From positions 1,800,001-1,832,000 of the forward strand of contig CAWJMG010000003.1 in assembly GCA_963843975.1 (NCBI GenBank): DNA of 32,000 bases, in the 5' to 3' direction. This document shows positions 14,992 to 22,672 of the stretch, piece after piece. The position numbers and the translations under genes were made by a program. The notes beneath the pieces are model-generated. The model searched no databases. It saw only the letters and a program-made list of their open reading frames with translations, and was not told the DNA's origin. This stretch comes from an uncultured Actinomycetes bacterium. GTDB lineage: Bacteria > Actinomycetota > Actinomycetes > S36-B12 > CAIYMF01. How positions within the stretch are numbered: the stretch's first letter is position 1; every line of letters begins with the position of its first letter.

Positions 14992-15410
14992 GCGGGTCCG
15001 ACTGGGAGGCGCTGAAGCGGCTCGCCGAGGAGGGCGACGACGACGCCGCCACCGAGCTCGCGGAGCTGGCGGCCGATCGCGGAGACACGGCCACGCTGAC
15101 CTTCCTCGTCGACAACGGCTACGAGGAGGCGGCCGGCCTGCTTGCCGGGCTCGCCGCGGGCGAGGGCGACATCACGACGCTGCGTGCGCTGGTGGACAGT
15201 GGCAGCGAGGACGCCGCCGCCGCCCTGCTGGCGCTCGCCGTCGAGACGAAGGACGAGGCACAGCTGCAGTACCTCGTCGACAGGGGGCACGGGCCCGCGG
15301 CTGACCGCTGGGCCGAGATCGCTTCTGCCCGAGGTGATACGGAACTGCTCCAGCGACTCGTGGACGAGGGCAGCGAGGTCGCGGAGCGACTCCTGGGCTC
15401 AGCCGACTGA
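14988..15410 (+). CDS. acidic helical-repeat protein (about 4.5 tandem 28-aa repeats)
   Basis: GTG 14988 overlaps the upstream stop (GTGA). The repeats are [84 protein letters not shown] and [27 protein letters not shown]. Confidence 0.65.
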   Translation: MSGSDWEALKRLAEEGDDDAATELAELAADRGDTATLTFLVDNGYEEAAGLLAGLAAGEGDITTLRALVDSGSEDAAAALLALAVETKDEAQLQYLVDRGHGPAADRWAEIASARGDTELLQRLVDEGSEVAERLLGSAD

Positions 15411-15436
15411 GCGCGACGCTGAGCTGACCGGCGGCG

Positions 15437-16237
15437 TCAGTTCGGCGGGACGAGCGTGCCGGCGAAGACCTGCCAGGCCAGAAGCGACTTCGCCACGAGG
15501 CTCAGGGTGATGTAGACGGTCTCGCCGTACAGGTAGTCGCGCCACGTGCCGACCCGGCGGTACTGCAGCCACTGGTTGAGCGCGAAGCAGTTGAAGAAGA
15601 TGAACAGCGACACGAAGATCGCGTAGACGAATCCGGGCGGGCTGACGGCGTTGCCCGGGCTCACGAGATAGATGCCGATCGCGATCCACGGCGTGACGCC
15701 GGCGATGCAGCCGAGCCAGAACGGGAGCATCCCGCCACCGGGCTTCTCGTACTTCTCCTGCAGCAGGCCGAACAGGATCATCGAGACGTTGACGCCGAAC
15801 AGCGCGACGAGCGCCGCGATGTCGCTGATGCCGGTGATCATCGCGATGAGCACGATCATCACGGAAGAGCTCAGCGAGTACTCGATCCAGCGGGCGTAGT
15901 TGCGACTCAGGCGGAGGTTGGCGCGGTACCAGGGGAAGACCTGAGGCGAGGCGATGATGAAGTGCGCCGCTGCGGAGAGCAGCAGGAACAGCGCGCAGCC
16001 CCAGGCGATGCTGACGTCGAACAGCGTCGCGGGGGCAGCCGGCTTCGAGCCGGGCGGTCCGGTCATGAAGGCTGCCGTCACCGGCAGGGCGAACGAGGTG
16101 GCGAGTGCGATCACCGCGATTGCCTGGACGGCGTGCAGCACGCCCATGAACAGGTTGTAGCGCCGCAGCCGCGTGAACCTGGCCTCTGGGATGTCGTCGC
16201 CTGCCGGCAGCTCGGTCGCGTGCTCGGTGGTGGTCAC
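15437..16237 (-). CDS. heliorhodopsin (7-TM retinal protein, inverted topology family)
   Basis: 266 aa. WIEYSLSSSVMIVLIA (counterion Glu), FGVNVSMILFGLLQEKY, LPFWLGCIAGVTPWIAIGIYLV, PGFVYAIFVSLFIFFN and SLVAKSLLAWQVFAGTLVPPN closely parallel heliorhodopsin 48C12. The Schiff-base Lys codon is at 15488-15490. GTG 16237 is the only plausible start upstream of helix A. Confidence 0.9.
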   Translation of the reverse strand: MTTTEHATELPAGDDIPEARFTRLRRYNLFMGVLHAVQAIAVIALATSFALPVTAAFMTGPPGSKPAAPATLFDVSIAWGCALFLLLSAAAHFIIASPQVFPWYRANLRLSRNYARWIEYSLSSSVMIVLIAMITGISDIAALVALFGVNVSMILFGLLQEKYEKPGGGMLPFWLGCIAGVTPWIAIGIYLVSPGNAVSPPGFVYAIFVSLFIFFNCFALNQWLQYRRVGTWRDYLYGETVYITLSLVAKSLLAWQVFAGTLVPPN

Positions 16238-16302
16238 CTTTCGAACGTACCCGGATCGGCGGGATCCTGCTCCCAGGCAGTCGGCGCCCGCTGGTCCACG
16301 GG

Positions 16303-16990
16303 CTACGCGTGAACTGCGTGCTGGTGGGCGAGGCCGTCGAGGATCAGGCCGAGCGTGAACTCGAACTCCGACTGGCTGTCGCACCAGCCCAGCGGGTCCT
16401 CGGCGTTGTCGTGGAGCTCGGACGCGACCATCGCCGTGAGGTGGGGGAAGACCTCGGCCATCGCGGCCATCTCGGCCTCGACCTCGGCGCCGGGATCGGC
16501 GTCGCCCTGGGGCACCGCGAAGATCTCCTGCGTGTAGCCGAGGACCATGCTGCCCAGCGAGTGCAGGCCGCGGTGCGCGAGGTGATAGCTGAGGCCGCCC
16601 TCGACCATGGTGGCGAGCACCTGCTCGACATGGGCCACGAGGCTCATCGGCACGTGGGTGCGCGTGGCGATGAGCTCGGGGCCCCACCGGTGCTGCACGA
16701 CGACCTCGCGGGCGGCCATGCAGCGGTCGCGCAGCGACGTCCGCCAGTCCGCGGACGGGGCGCGCTCGGGTGCGGCGGCCGCGATCTCCACGATCAGTGC
16801 GTCGGCGAGGCCGTCGAGGAGCTGCTCCTTGCTGGGCACGTGGTGGTAGAGCGACATGGCCTCCACCCCGAGGCTCGGAGGCCACCCGCCTCATGGTGAC
16901 GGCGGCGAGCCCGTCGACGTCGGCCACGGTCATGGCGGTCGCCAGCACGCGCTCGCGGCTGAGCGTGCCGCGCACGGCGTCTGCCGTCAT
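16303..16990 (-). pseudogene. TetR/AcrR-family regulator interrupted by a +1 frameshift (or sequencing error)
   Basis: The N-terminal HTH part MTADAVRGTLSRERVLATAMTVADVDGLAAVTMRRVAS is in one frame. The continuation (LGV)EAMSLYHHVPSKEQLLDGLADAL and the C-terminal domain are in another. Removing one C from GAGCCTCGG (plus-strand GG at 16872-16873) restores ...RRVASELGVEAMSLYHHV. Confidence 0.75.
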
Positions 16991-17015
16991 CGAGCCTCCT
17001 CCTGGACGCCGACCA

Positions 17016-17048
17016 CCTTACCGTGTAAGGATGCCTTACAACGTAAGG
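17016..17048. promoter_or_regulatory. twin palindromic operators CCTTACCGTGTAAGG and CCTTACAACGTAAGG
   Basis: Two 15-bp 6-3-6 palindromes (17016-17030 and 17034-17048) are 3 bp apart. They lie in the divergent region between the TetR gene (start 16990) and the DUF4386 gene (ATG 17073). Confidence 0.65.
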
Positions 17049-17072
17049 TTCACCTCGACCGGAGGCTCTCCC

Positions 17073-17795
17073 ATGACCACGACCGCGGCACCCGCCGTCC
17101 CCCACACCGACGAGGCCCGCGCCGGCCTGGTGCGCACGGCCCGCGTGACCGGCCTGCTCTACCTGGGCGTCGCCGTCACCGGCGGCCTCGGCTTCCTGTT
17201 CGTCCGCACCCAGCTCTTCGTCGAGGGCGACCCCGCGGCCACGCTGGCGAACCTCGTCGAGAACCCGGGCCTCGCCCGGCTCGGCGTGGTGCTCGAGCTG
17301 GGCCTCGTGCTCACCCAGGCCCTGTGCGCGCTCTGGTTCTTCAGGCTCTTCCGCTCGGTCGACGCCTTCGCCGCCGGATGCATCGCGGTCTTCGGCACCG
17401 TGAACGCCGTCGCGCTCCTCGGCAGTGCTGCGGCGCTCGCCACCGCGATCGACGTGGCCGGAGGTGCGCTCGAGAACCCGGGGACCGACGCCGCGACGGC
17501 GCAGCTGCTCTACCTCGTGAGCGGGCACCTGTGGGGAGTCGGCGCGCTGTTCTTCGGCCTCTGGCTCATCCCCATGGGCTGGTTGGCGCGTCGCTCCGGG
17601 TGGATGCCGGCCGCTCTCGGCTGGCTGCTCATGGTCAGCGGTGTCGGCTACATCCTCGGCGCGTTCGTCACGTACGCCGCTCCCTCGGCGGGCGGCCTGG
17701 CCGACGTGCTGACCTTCCCGGCGGTGATCGGCGAGCTCTGGATGGTTGGCTACCTGATCATCATCGGCGTCCGCCGTACGGTCGCCTCGCCCTGA
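17073..17795 (+). CDS. DUF4386-family integral membrane protein
   Basis: 240 aa with a GGAGG RBS 7 nt upstream. The segments RVTGLLYLGVAVTGGLGFLFV and WLIPMGWLARRSGWMP are typical of DUF4386. Confidence 0.7.
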   Translation: MTTTAAPAVPHTDEARAGLVRTARVTGLLYLGVAVTGGLGFLFVRTQLFVEGDPAATLANLVENPGLARLGVVLELGLVLTQALCALWFFRLFRSVDAFAAGCIAVFGTVNAVALLGSAAALATAIDVAGGALENPGTDAATAQLLYLVSGHLWGVGALFFGLWLIPMGWLARRSGWMPAALGWLLMVSGVGYILGAFVTYAAPSAGGLADVLTFPAVIGELWMVGYLIIIGVRRTVASP

Positions 17796-17906
17796 CCGAT
17801 GCTCTGCTCCCCGTGGACCGACGAGGAAGCAGTCGGTCCGGTGCACGGGCAGCACAGCACGTGTCGAGATTCGCTTGTCGGACGTCACCCCTAGGCTCCA
17901 CGCACT

Positions 17907-18899
17907 ATGACCGAACCTGAGATCGAGGCCCAGGGCCTGAAGCGCTCCTTCGGCACCACGCTGGCCGTCGACGGTGTGGACCTGTCTCTCGCCCGAGGCG
18001 AGATCTACGGCTTCCTCGGGCCGAACGGCGCCGGCAAGTCGACGGTCACGCGCGTGCTGTGCACGCTCATCTCCCCCACCGGCGGCAGCGCCCGCGTGGC
18101 GGGCTACGACGTCGCGACCCAGGCCGACCAGGTGCGCCTGCGCATCGGCGTCGCCCTGCAGGAGGCCGCTCTCGACGCCAAGCAGACAGGCCTGGAGTTG
18201 CTGCGGCTGCAGGGCCGCTTCTACGGGCTCTCGAAGTCGGACACCGAGCGGCGGCTCGCCGACCTGCGCGAGCTCATCGACATCGGCAGCGCGCTCGAGG
18301 ATCGTGTCGCGACGTACTCCGGCGGCATGAAGCGCCGGCTCGACCTCGCGCTCGCGCTGGTGCACAACCCGCGGGTGCTGTTCCTCGACGAGCCGACGAC
18401 GGGCCTCGACCCCACGAGCCGCGTGCGCGTGTGGGACGAGGTACGGCGGCTCAACACCGAGCTCGGGATGACGGTGTTCCTGACGACGCAGTACCTCGAG
18501 GAGGCCGACGAGCTGGCCGACCGCGTCGGCATCATCGACCACGGCCGCATCGTGGCCGAGGGCACTCCGGACGAGCTGAAGCGGTCGATCGGCACCGACC
18601 TGGTCATCGCGGTCGTCGACGGCGACCCCGAGATCGCGCGGTCGGCGCTGCTGCCCCTTCCCGGCGTCGAGCGCGTCGACGTCAACGGCAGCGAGGTGAC
18701 GGCCGCGGTCAGCAACGGCCCCGAGGCGATCAGCCCTGTGGCCATCGCGCTCGCCGGTGCCGGTGGAGGGCTGCGCGTGCGCGAGCTGTCGCTGCGCACG
18801 CCCACCTTGGACGACGTGTTCCTGTCGGTGACGGGCGCGCGACTGGCGGACCGCGAGTCCGGAACCGACGGCGACGAGCAGGCGGAGGTGGAGTCATGA
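17907..18899 (+). CDS. ABC transporter ATP-binding protein (DrrA-like, ABC-2 type)
   Basis: It has Walker A GPNGAGKST, the signature YSGGMKRRLDLA and Walker B VLFLDEPTTGLD, plus a C-terminal extension. Confidence 0.9.
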   Translation: MTEPEIEAQGLKRSFGTTLAVDGVDLSLARGEIYGFLGPNGAGKSTVTRVLCTLISPTGGSARVAGYDVATQADQVRLRIGVALQEAALDAKQTGLELLRLQGRFYGLSKSDTERRLADLRELIDIGSALEDRVATYSGGMKRRLDLALALVHNPRVLFLDEPTTGLDPTSRVRVWDEVRRLNTELGMTVFLTTQYLEEADELADRVGIIDHGRIVAEGTPDELKRSIGTDLVIAVVDGDPEIARSALLPLPGVERVDVNGSEVTAAVSNGPEAISPVAIALAGAGGGLRVRELSLRTPTLDDVFLSVTGARLADRESGTDGDEQAEVES

Positions 18900-19717
18900 G
18901 CTCCCAGACGGCAGCTGTACGACCTGACCCGCACTCCGACGACGTGATCGCCCGGCATGCGGGCTTTGCGCGCGACCTCACGTCCGTGGCCATCCGCGCG
19001 CTGCGGCAGATCCCGCGGGAGCCCGAGGCGATCATCCCCGCCTTGATCATCCCGGTGTTCTTCTTCGTCGTGAACGTCGGATCGCTGTCAGGCGTGGCCG
19101 AAGCCACGGGCATCACCGACTTCAAGGCGTTCCAGCTGCCTGTCGCGATCATCTTCGCCGTCACCGGCGTCTCTCGGGCAAGCGCGCTCGTGACCGACAT
19201 CAACGACGGCTACTTCGACCGGCTCCTGCTCACGCCGATGAGCCGCCCGGCGCTGCTCCTCGGCCTCATGGTCGCCGACTTCACGCTCGTCATCGCCCTG
19301 TCGATCCCCGTGCTCATCCTGGGCGCGCTCGTCGGCGTCAGCTTTGCGACGGGCCCGCTCGGCATCCTCGCGTTCCTGCTCCTCGCCGGCCTGTGGGGCC
19401 TCGCCTTCACGGGCTTCCCCTACGCGATCGCCTTGAAGACCGGCAACCCGGCGGCGGTCAACTCCAGCTTCCTGCTGTTCTTCCCGTTCGCGTTCCTCAC
19501 CACGGCGTTCCTGCCGCAGGAGGCGCTCACGGGATGGCTGTCCACGGTGGCGACGTACAACCCCGTGACGTATGTGCTCGCCGCGCTGCGGTCGCTCATC
19601 ACGGGCGGCTGGCAGCTCACGCCGCTGCTGCAGGGCACGGCGGCGATCCTCGCCGTCGCGGCCGTGAGTCACACCCTCGCCTTCATGGCGTTGCGCGGCC
19701 GAGTCTCGCGCGGCTGA
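18896..19717 (+). CDS. ABC-2 type transporter permease
   Basis: 273 aa with six hydrophobic segments. It has an ATGA overlap with the ATPase gene. The motif FLPQEALTGWLSTVATYNPVTY is typical of ABC-2 permeases. Confidence 0.85.
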   Translation: MSSQTAAVRPDPHSDDVIARHAGFARDLTSVAIRALRQIPREPEAIIPALIIPVFFFVVNVGSLSGVAEATGITDFKAFQLPVAIIFAVTGVSRASALVTDINDGYFDRLLLTPMSRPALLLGLMVADFTLVIALSIPVLILGALVGVSFATGPLGILAFLLLAGLWGLAFTGFPYAIALKTGNPAAVNSSFLLFFPFAFLTTAFLPQEALTGWLSTVATYNPVTYVLAALRSLITGGWQLTPLLQGTAAILAVAAVSHTLAFMALRGRVSRG

Positions 19718-19779
19718 GCGCGCGTCACCCGTGAGGCGCGGGTTGTAGGTTGACGCTCCGATCTCAAGTGGGAGCAACG

Positions 19780-20601
19780 ATGCCGCGCATCCTCGACTAC
19801 AACGGCCGCGACGCCGTGCGCACCGTCACGGTCGCCGACATCGTCGGGCTCAAGGCTTCCGAGCGGAGGCTGGCGCAGGTCACCGCAGGCACCGCCGCAG
19901 AGGCAGCTGCGGCCGAGGCCGCGGGGATCGAGATGGTCGTGTGCCTGGCCGAGGCGGTGCCCGCGGTGCGCGCCGGCTCCCAGCAGGTGTTCCTCACCGC
20001 GGCGATCGACTTCGCCGGCGCCGTCACGACCGACGACCTGCTGCGCGACGCCCTGGCCGCGCTGGGTGCCGGTGCCGACGCCGTGATCACCGCGCGCGGG
20101 CTCGACGGCGTACGACGCCTTGCGCACGAGGACATCCCGGTGATGGGCCACCTCGGCTTCATTCCGAAGAAGTCGACGCTCTATGGCGGCGTCCGAGCCG
20201 TGGGCAAGACCGCACCCGAGGCACTGGCGCTGTGGCAGAAGTTCCAGGCGCTGGAGGAGGCGGGTGCCTTCGCGGTGGAGTGCGAGCTGATCCCCGCCGA
20301 GGTGATGCGCGAGATCAACGCGCGGACGGGGCTCGCGACGATCTCGCTCGGGTCGGGGCCGTACGCAGACGTGCAGTTCCTGTTCCAGGACGACATCTGC
20401 GGCGAGGGTGAGCGCAAGCCCCGTCACGCCCGCGCGTACGCCGACCTCGCGGCGCTGGCGCGGCAGCTGGACGCCGAGCGGGTGCGGGCCCTGAGCGAGT
20501 TCCGTGCGGACGTCGCGAGCGGCAGCTACCCGAGCGACGCGGAGGTCTCGAAGATCGATGCCGCTGAGCTTGCTGGATTCGTGGAGGGGCTCGGGGGCTA
20601 G
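19780..20601 (+). CDS. ketopantoate hydroxymethyltransferase (PanB)-family protein, divergent paralogue
   Basis: ATG 19780 has a GGGAG RBS. The segments IPVMGHLGFIPKKSTLYGG, AGAFAVECELIPAEV and ATISLGSGPYADVQFLF follow the PanB (TIM-barrel, PEP-mutase superfamily) layout. Confidence 0.6.
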   Translation: MPRILDYNGRDAVRTVTVADIVGLKASERRLAQVTAGTAAEAAAAEAAGIEMVVCLAEAVPAVRAGSQQVFLTAAIDFAGAVTTDDLLRDALAALGAGADAVITARGLDGVRRLAHEDIPVMGHLGFIPKKSTLYGGVRAVGKTAPEALALWQKFQALEEAGAFAVECELIPAEVMREINARTGLATISLGSGPYADVQFLFQDDICGEGERKPRHARAYADLAALARQLDAERVRALSEFRADVASGSYPSDAEVSKIDAAELAGFVEGLGG

Positions 20602-20627
20602 GGGGCTCGATCTCGCTGGCGGTGTGC

Positions 20628-20855
20628 GTTCTCTGGCGGGCGCAGGTCGGGCTGCCTCGCTGCGCTTCGGGGCGGAGAGGGGCGGCTTCGCCGCGGCCGC
20701 TCTTGTGGTGGAACTCGGTTCTTTGGCGGGGGCAGGAGCCGTCGTAGTGCGGCCTCGCTGCGCTCGGCGTGGGGCTCCTCCCAAATCCAGAGGGGCCTCG
20801 CTTCGCTCGGCGTGGGTCTCCGTGTGCTCGCTGCGCTCGCAGACCGAGAGGGGCT
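20628..20855. repeat. degenerate tandem/dispersed GC-rich repeats (GCCTCGCTGCGCTCGGCGTGGGG-type units)
   Basis: Related copies lie near 20650, 20749, 20793 and 20824. GTTCTCTGGCGGGCGCAGG (20628) is paired with GTTCTTTGGCGGGGGCAGG (20718). No convincing coding frame is present. Confidence 0.55.
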
Positions 20856-20888
20856 ACGCCGGCAAGACCGAAGGCCACCACAACGACC

Positions 20889-20917
20889 AAGGCCCTGACC
20901 GTGATGGTCAGGGCCTT
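20889..20917 (-). terminator. stem-loop terminator just downstream of the tRNA 3' end
   Basis: AAGGCCCTGACC-GTGAT-GGTCAGGGCCTT forms a perfect 12-bp stem 11 nt beyond the encoded CCA on the minus strand. Confidence 0.6.
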
Positions 20918-20928
20918 CGGTCTTGCGG

Positions 20929-20973
20929 TGGTAGCGGGGGCAGGATTTGAACCTGCGACCTCTGGGTTATGAG
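20929..20973 (-). tRNA. 3' portion only of a tRNA-Met(CAU) gene (anticodon loop to CCA); att-site remnant
   Basis: The minus strand reads CTCATAA-CCCAG-AGGTC-GCAGG-TTCAAAT-CCTGC-CCCCGCT-A-CCA. The 31 nt upstream cannot form the anticodon-stem 5' strand, D-arm or AGCGGGG acceptor strand. The CCC at positions 39-41 and the TTCAAAT T-loop resemble initiator-type tRNA. Confidence 0.8.
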
Positions 20974-21106
20974 CGGCCTAACGGGGGTTTGACGCGACTG
21001 CCGTCAGTGGCCGATACTCGTTGTGTCACAACCACTTTTGGTGATTCTTTATATTGGAATTTGGTGATCAATACTGCTTCGTGCCATCAGGTTTGATGGC
21101 AAATTG

Positions 21107-22469
21107 ATGGCAAATGATCTTGGTTGGGAGGTCGACGTCGTGGGCTTCGCCCGCAAGCGCACCGACACGCGTGGCGGGGTTCGCTACGCCGCGGTGTACC
21201 GCGATGCGCGCGGCCGGGTCCGCCAGGTTGGCACCTATCCCACTCGGAAAGAAGCCAACCAGGCGTGGCAGGCCGCCGAGTCCCTGCAGACCGCGGGCCG
21301 CCCCGGCGACCCGGCCAGCGGGAAGATCACCTTCGCGGCCTACGTCAACGACGCGTGGTTCCCCCACCACGTGCTCGAGCCCTCGACCCGGCAGAGGCTA
21401 CCGACACATCCTCGACCGACACCTCCTGCCCTGGTTCGGGGCCATGAAGATGCGCGACATCTTGCCCACCCACGTGCGCCAATGGGTCACCGAGCTCACA
21501 GCGAACGGAGTCAGCCCGGCCAACATCCGTCACTTGAAGATTGTGCTCTCGGCGATCTTCACCACTGCGCTCAACGACTTCGTCACCGTCATCCACCCCT
21601 GCCGTGGCGTGAAGACTCCGACCGTCGCGGTCAAGGAGTACCGGATCCTCACCCCCGAGGAGTACGCGCGGCTCTACCAGCAGCTGCCCAACGACGCGGC
21701 GCGGCTGCTCATCGAACTCGCGATCGGCTCCGGGCTTCGCTGGGGTGAACTCATCGAGCTACGACCGAGGGACCTGCACCTGACGAGCGGGATCCTGACC
21801 GTCAGCCGATCGGTGAGTGAGGTCAGCCCGCAGTTCCACCCCGCAGGAGAACGCTTCTATGTGAAGCCCTACCCGAAGACCAAGCACGCTCGCCGGCTCA
21901 AGCTCGACCCGGTCCTCGTCTCCGCGATCGAGACCCACGTGAGTACCCACGCGCTTGGGCCCGATGCCTTGCTCTTCCAGCTCAGCCACCTCGACCAGGA
22001 ACCACCCAGTCGACCGCTGCTGCTCGACGCGGAGCAGCTCGGCACGACGGCTCCCAACGCTGCTGGCCGGAGCTACCCGCACGCGACCCTGTCCGCGTAC
22101 ACCGCTGGCGGGTGCCGTTGCGTGCACTGCCGGTCCGCATTCGCCCGCTATCGCGCTGAACGACGTGCGGCCGGCCAGGACTCCCCCAGACAGTCTCGGG
22201 AACGCGACACCGACGGGCATGTGCCCCGGGACTGGTTCCGGCTGCGCGTCTGGTTCCCGGCCTGCGCAGCGGCCGGGCTTGATCCTCGACCGCGCCTGCA
22301 CGACCTTCGGCATTCCCACGCCTCGTGGCTGCTCGCCGGCGGTGCCGACCTGCAGGTCGTCCGCGACCGGCTCGGGCACGCGTCTATCTCAACCACCAGC
22401 AAATATGTCCACACCCTCCCGACCGCGGACGAGACCGCCCTCACGGCCCTCCGCCGCGTCAAGCAGTAG
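21107..22469 (+). pseudogene. tyrosine recombinase/phage-type integrase, frameshifted near 21390-21398
   Basis: The N-terminal arm-binding/SAM-like part MANDLGWEVDVVGFARKRTDTRGGVRYAAVYRDARGRVRQVGTYPTRKEANQAW...HHVLEPSTRQ is in frame 2. YRHILDRHLLPWFG and the catalytic domain continue in frame 3. The catalytic residues are GLRWGEL (Arg), HDLRHSHASW (H-x-x-R) and LGHASISTTSKYVH (His, Tyr). Confidence 0.8.
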
Positions 22470-22483
22470 CGGCTACGGCCTCT

Positions 22484-22672
22484 TGTCAACGGCTCGAGCA
22501 GATCGTGTCAACGTCGCTGCTCCCGACTGCAGTTCAGGGGCTCGAGGTGGCGGGAATCGAACTCGTCCGAACCGTCGGGACCCGTCGGATCCCGTTGGTT
22601 GTGAGCACAACCCGTCGGGTTCCGTCGGGACCGATCGGGTTACGTTGGGTCCGGCTGTTGACGCCGTCAACA
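22484..22672. repeat. repeat-rich non-coding region downstream of int (candidate arm-type/iteron sites)
   Basis: TGTCAAC occurs at 22484 and 22506, with the inverted pair GTTGACGCCGTCAAC at 22657-22671. At least four CCGTCGGGA/T-like repeats lie between 22571 and 22640. The palindrome GGTTGTGAGCACAACC is at 22597-22612. Confidence 0.5.

Noticed and set aside
15437-16990. 517-aa ORF apparently fusing the TetR HTH to the heliorhodopsin
   Set aside because: The middle roughly 190 aa are an off-frame, Arg/Pro/Gly-rich reading of the TetR C-terminal domain. That domain is clearly encoded in another frame (16303-16866). The continuity results from a 1-nt frameshift plus the lack of stops in GC-rich DNA, not from a real fusion.
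16794-18542. 582-aa minus-strand ORF across the TetR start, the DUF4386 gene and the ABC ATPase gene
   Set aside because: It is antisense to three motif-supported genes, has no domains and is low-complexity in composition.
20628-20855. Possible CRISPR array
   Set aside because: The repeats are degenerate, of unequal length and irregularly spaced, with no unique spacers of constant size. No cas genes are in the window.
22545-22573. tRNA-like 3' end (GGTGGCGGGAATCGAACTCGTCCGAACC) just downstream of int
   Set aside because: It resembles the reverse complement of a T-arm/acceptor, but the T-stem halves (GCGGG / CTCGT) are not complementary and no cloverleaf can be built. At most it is a decayed att remnant.
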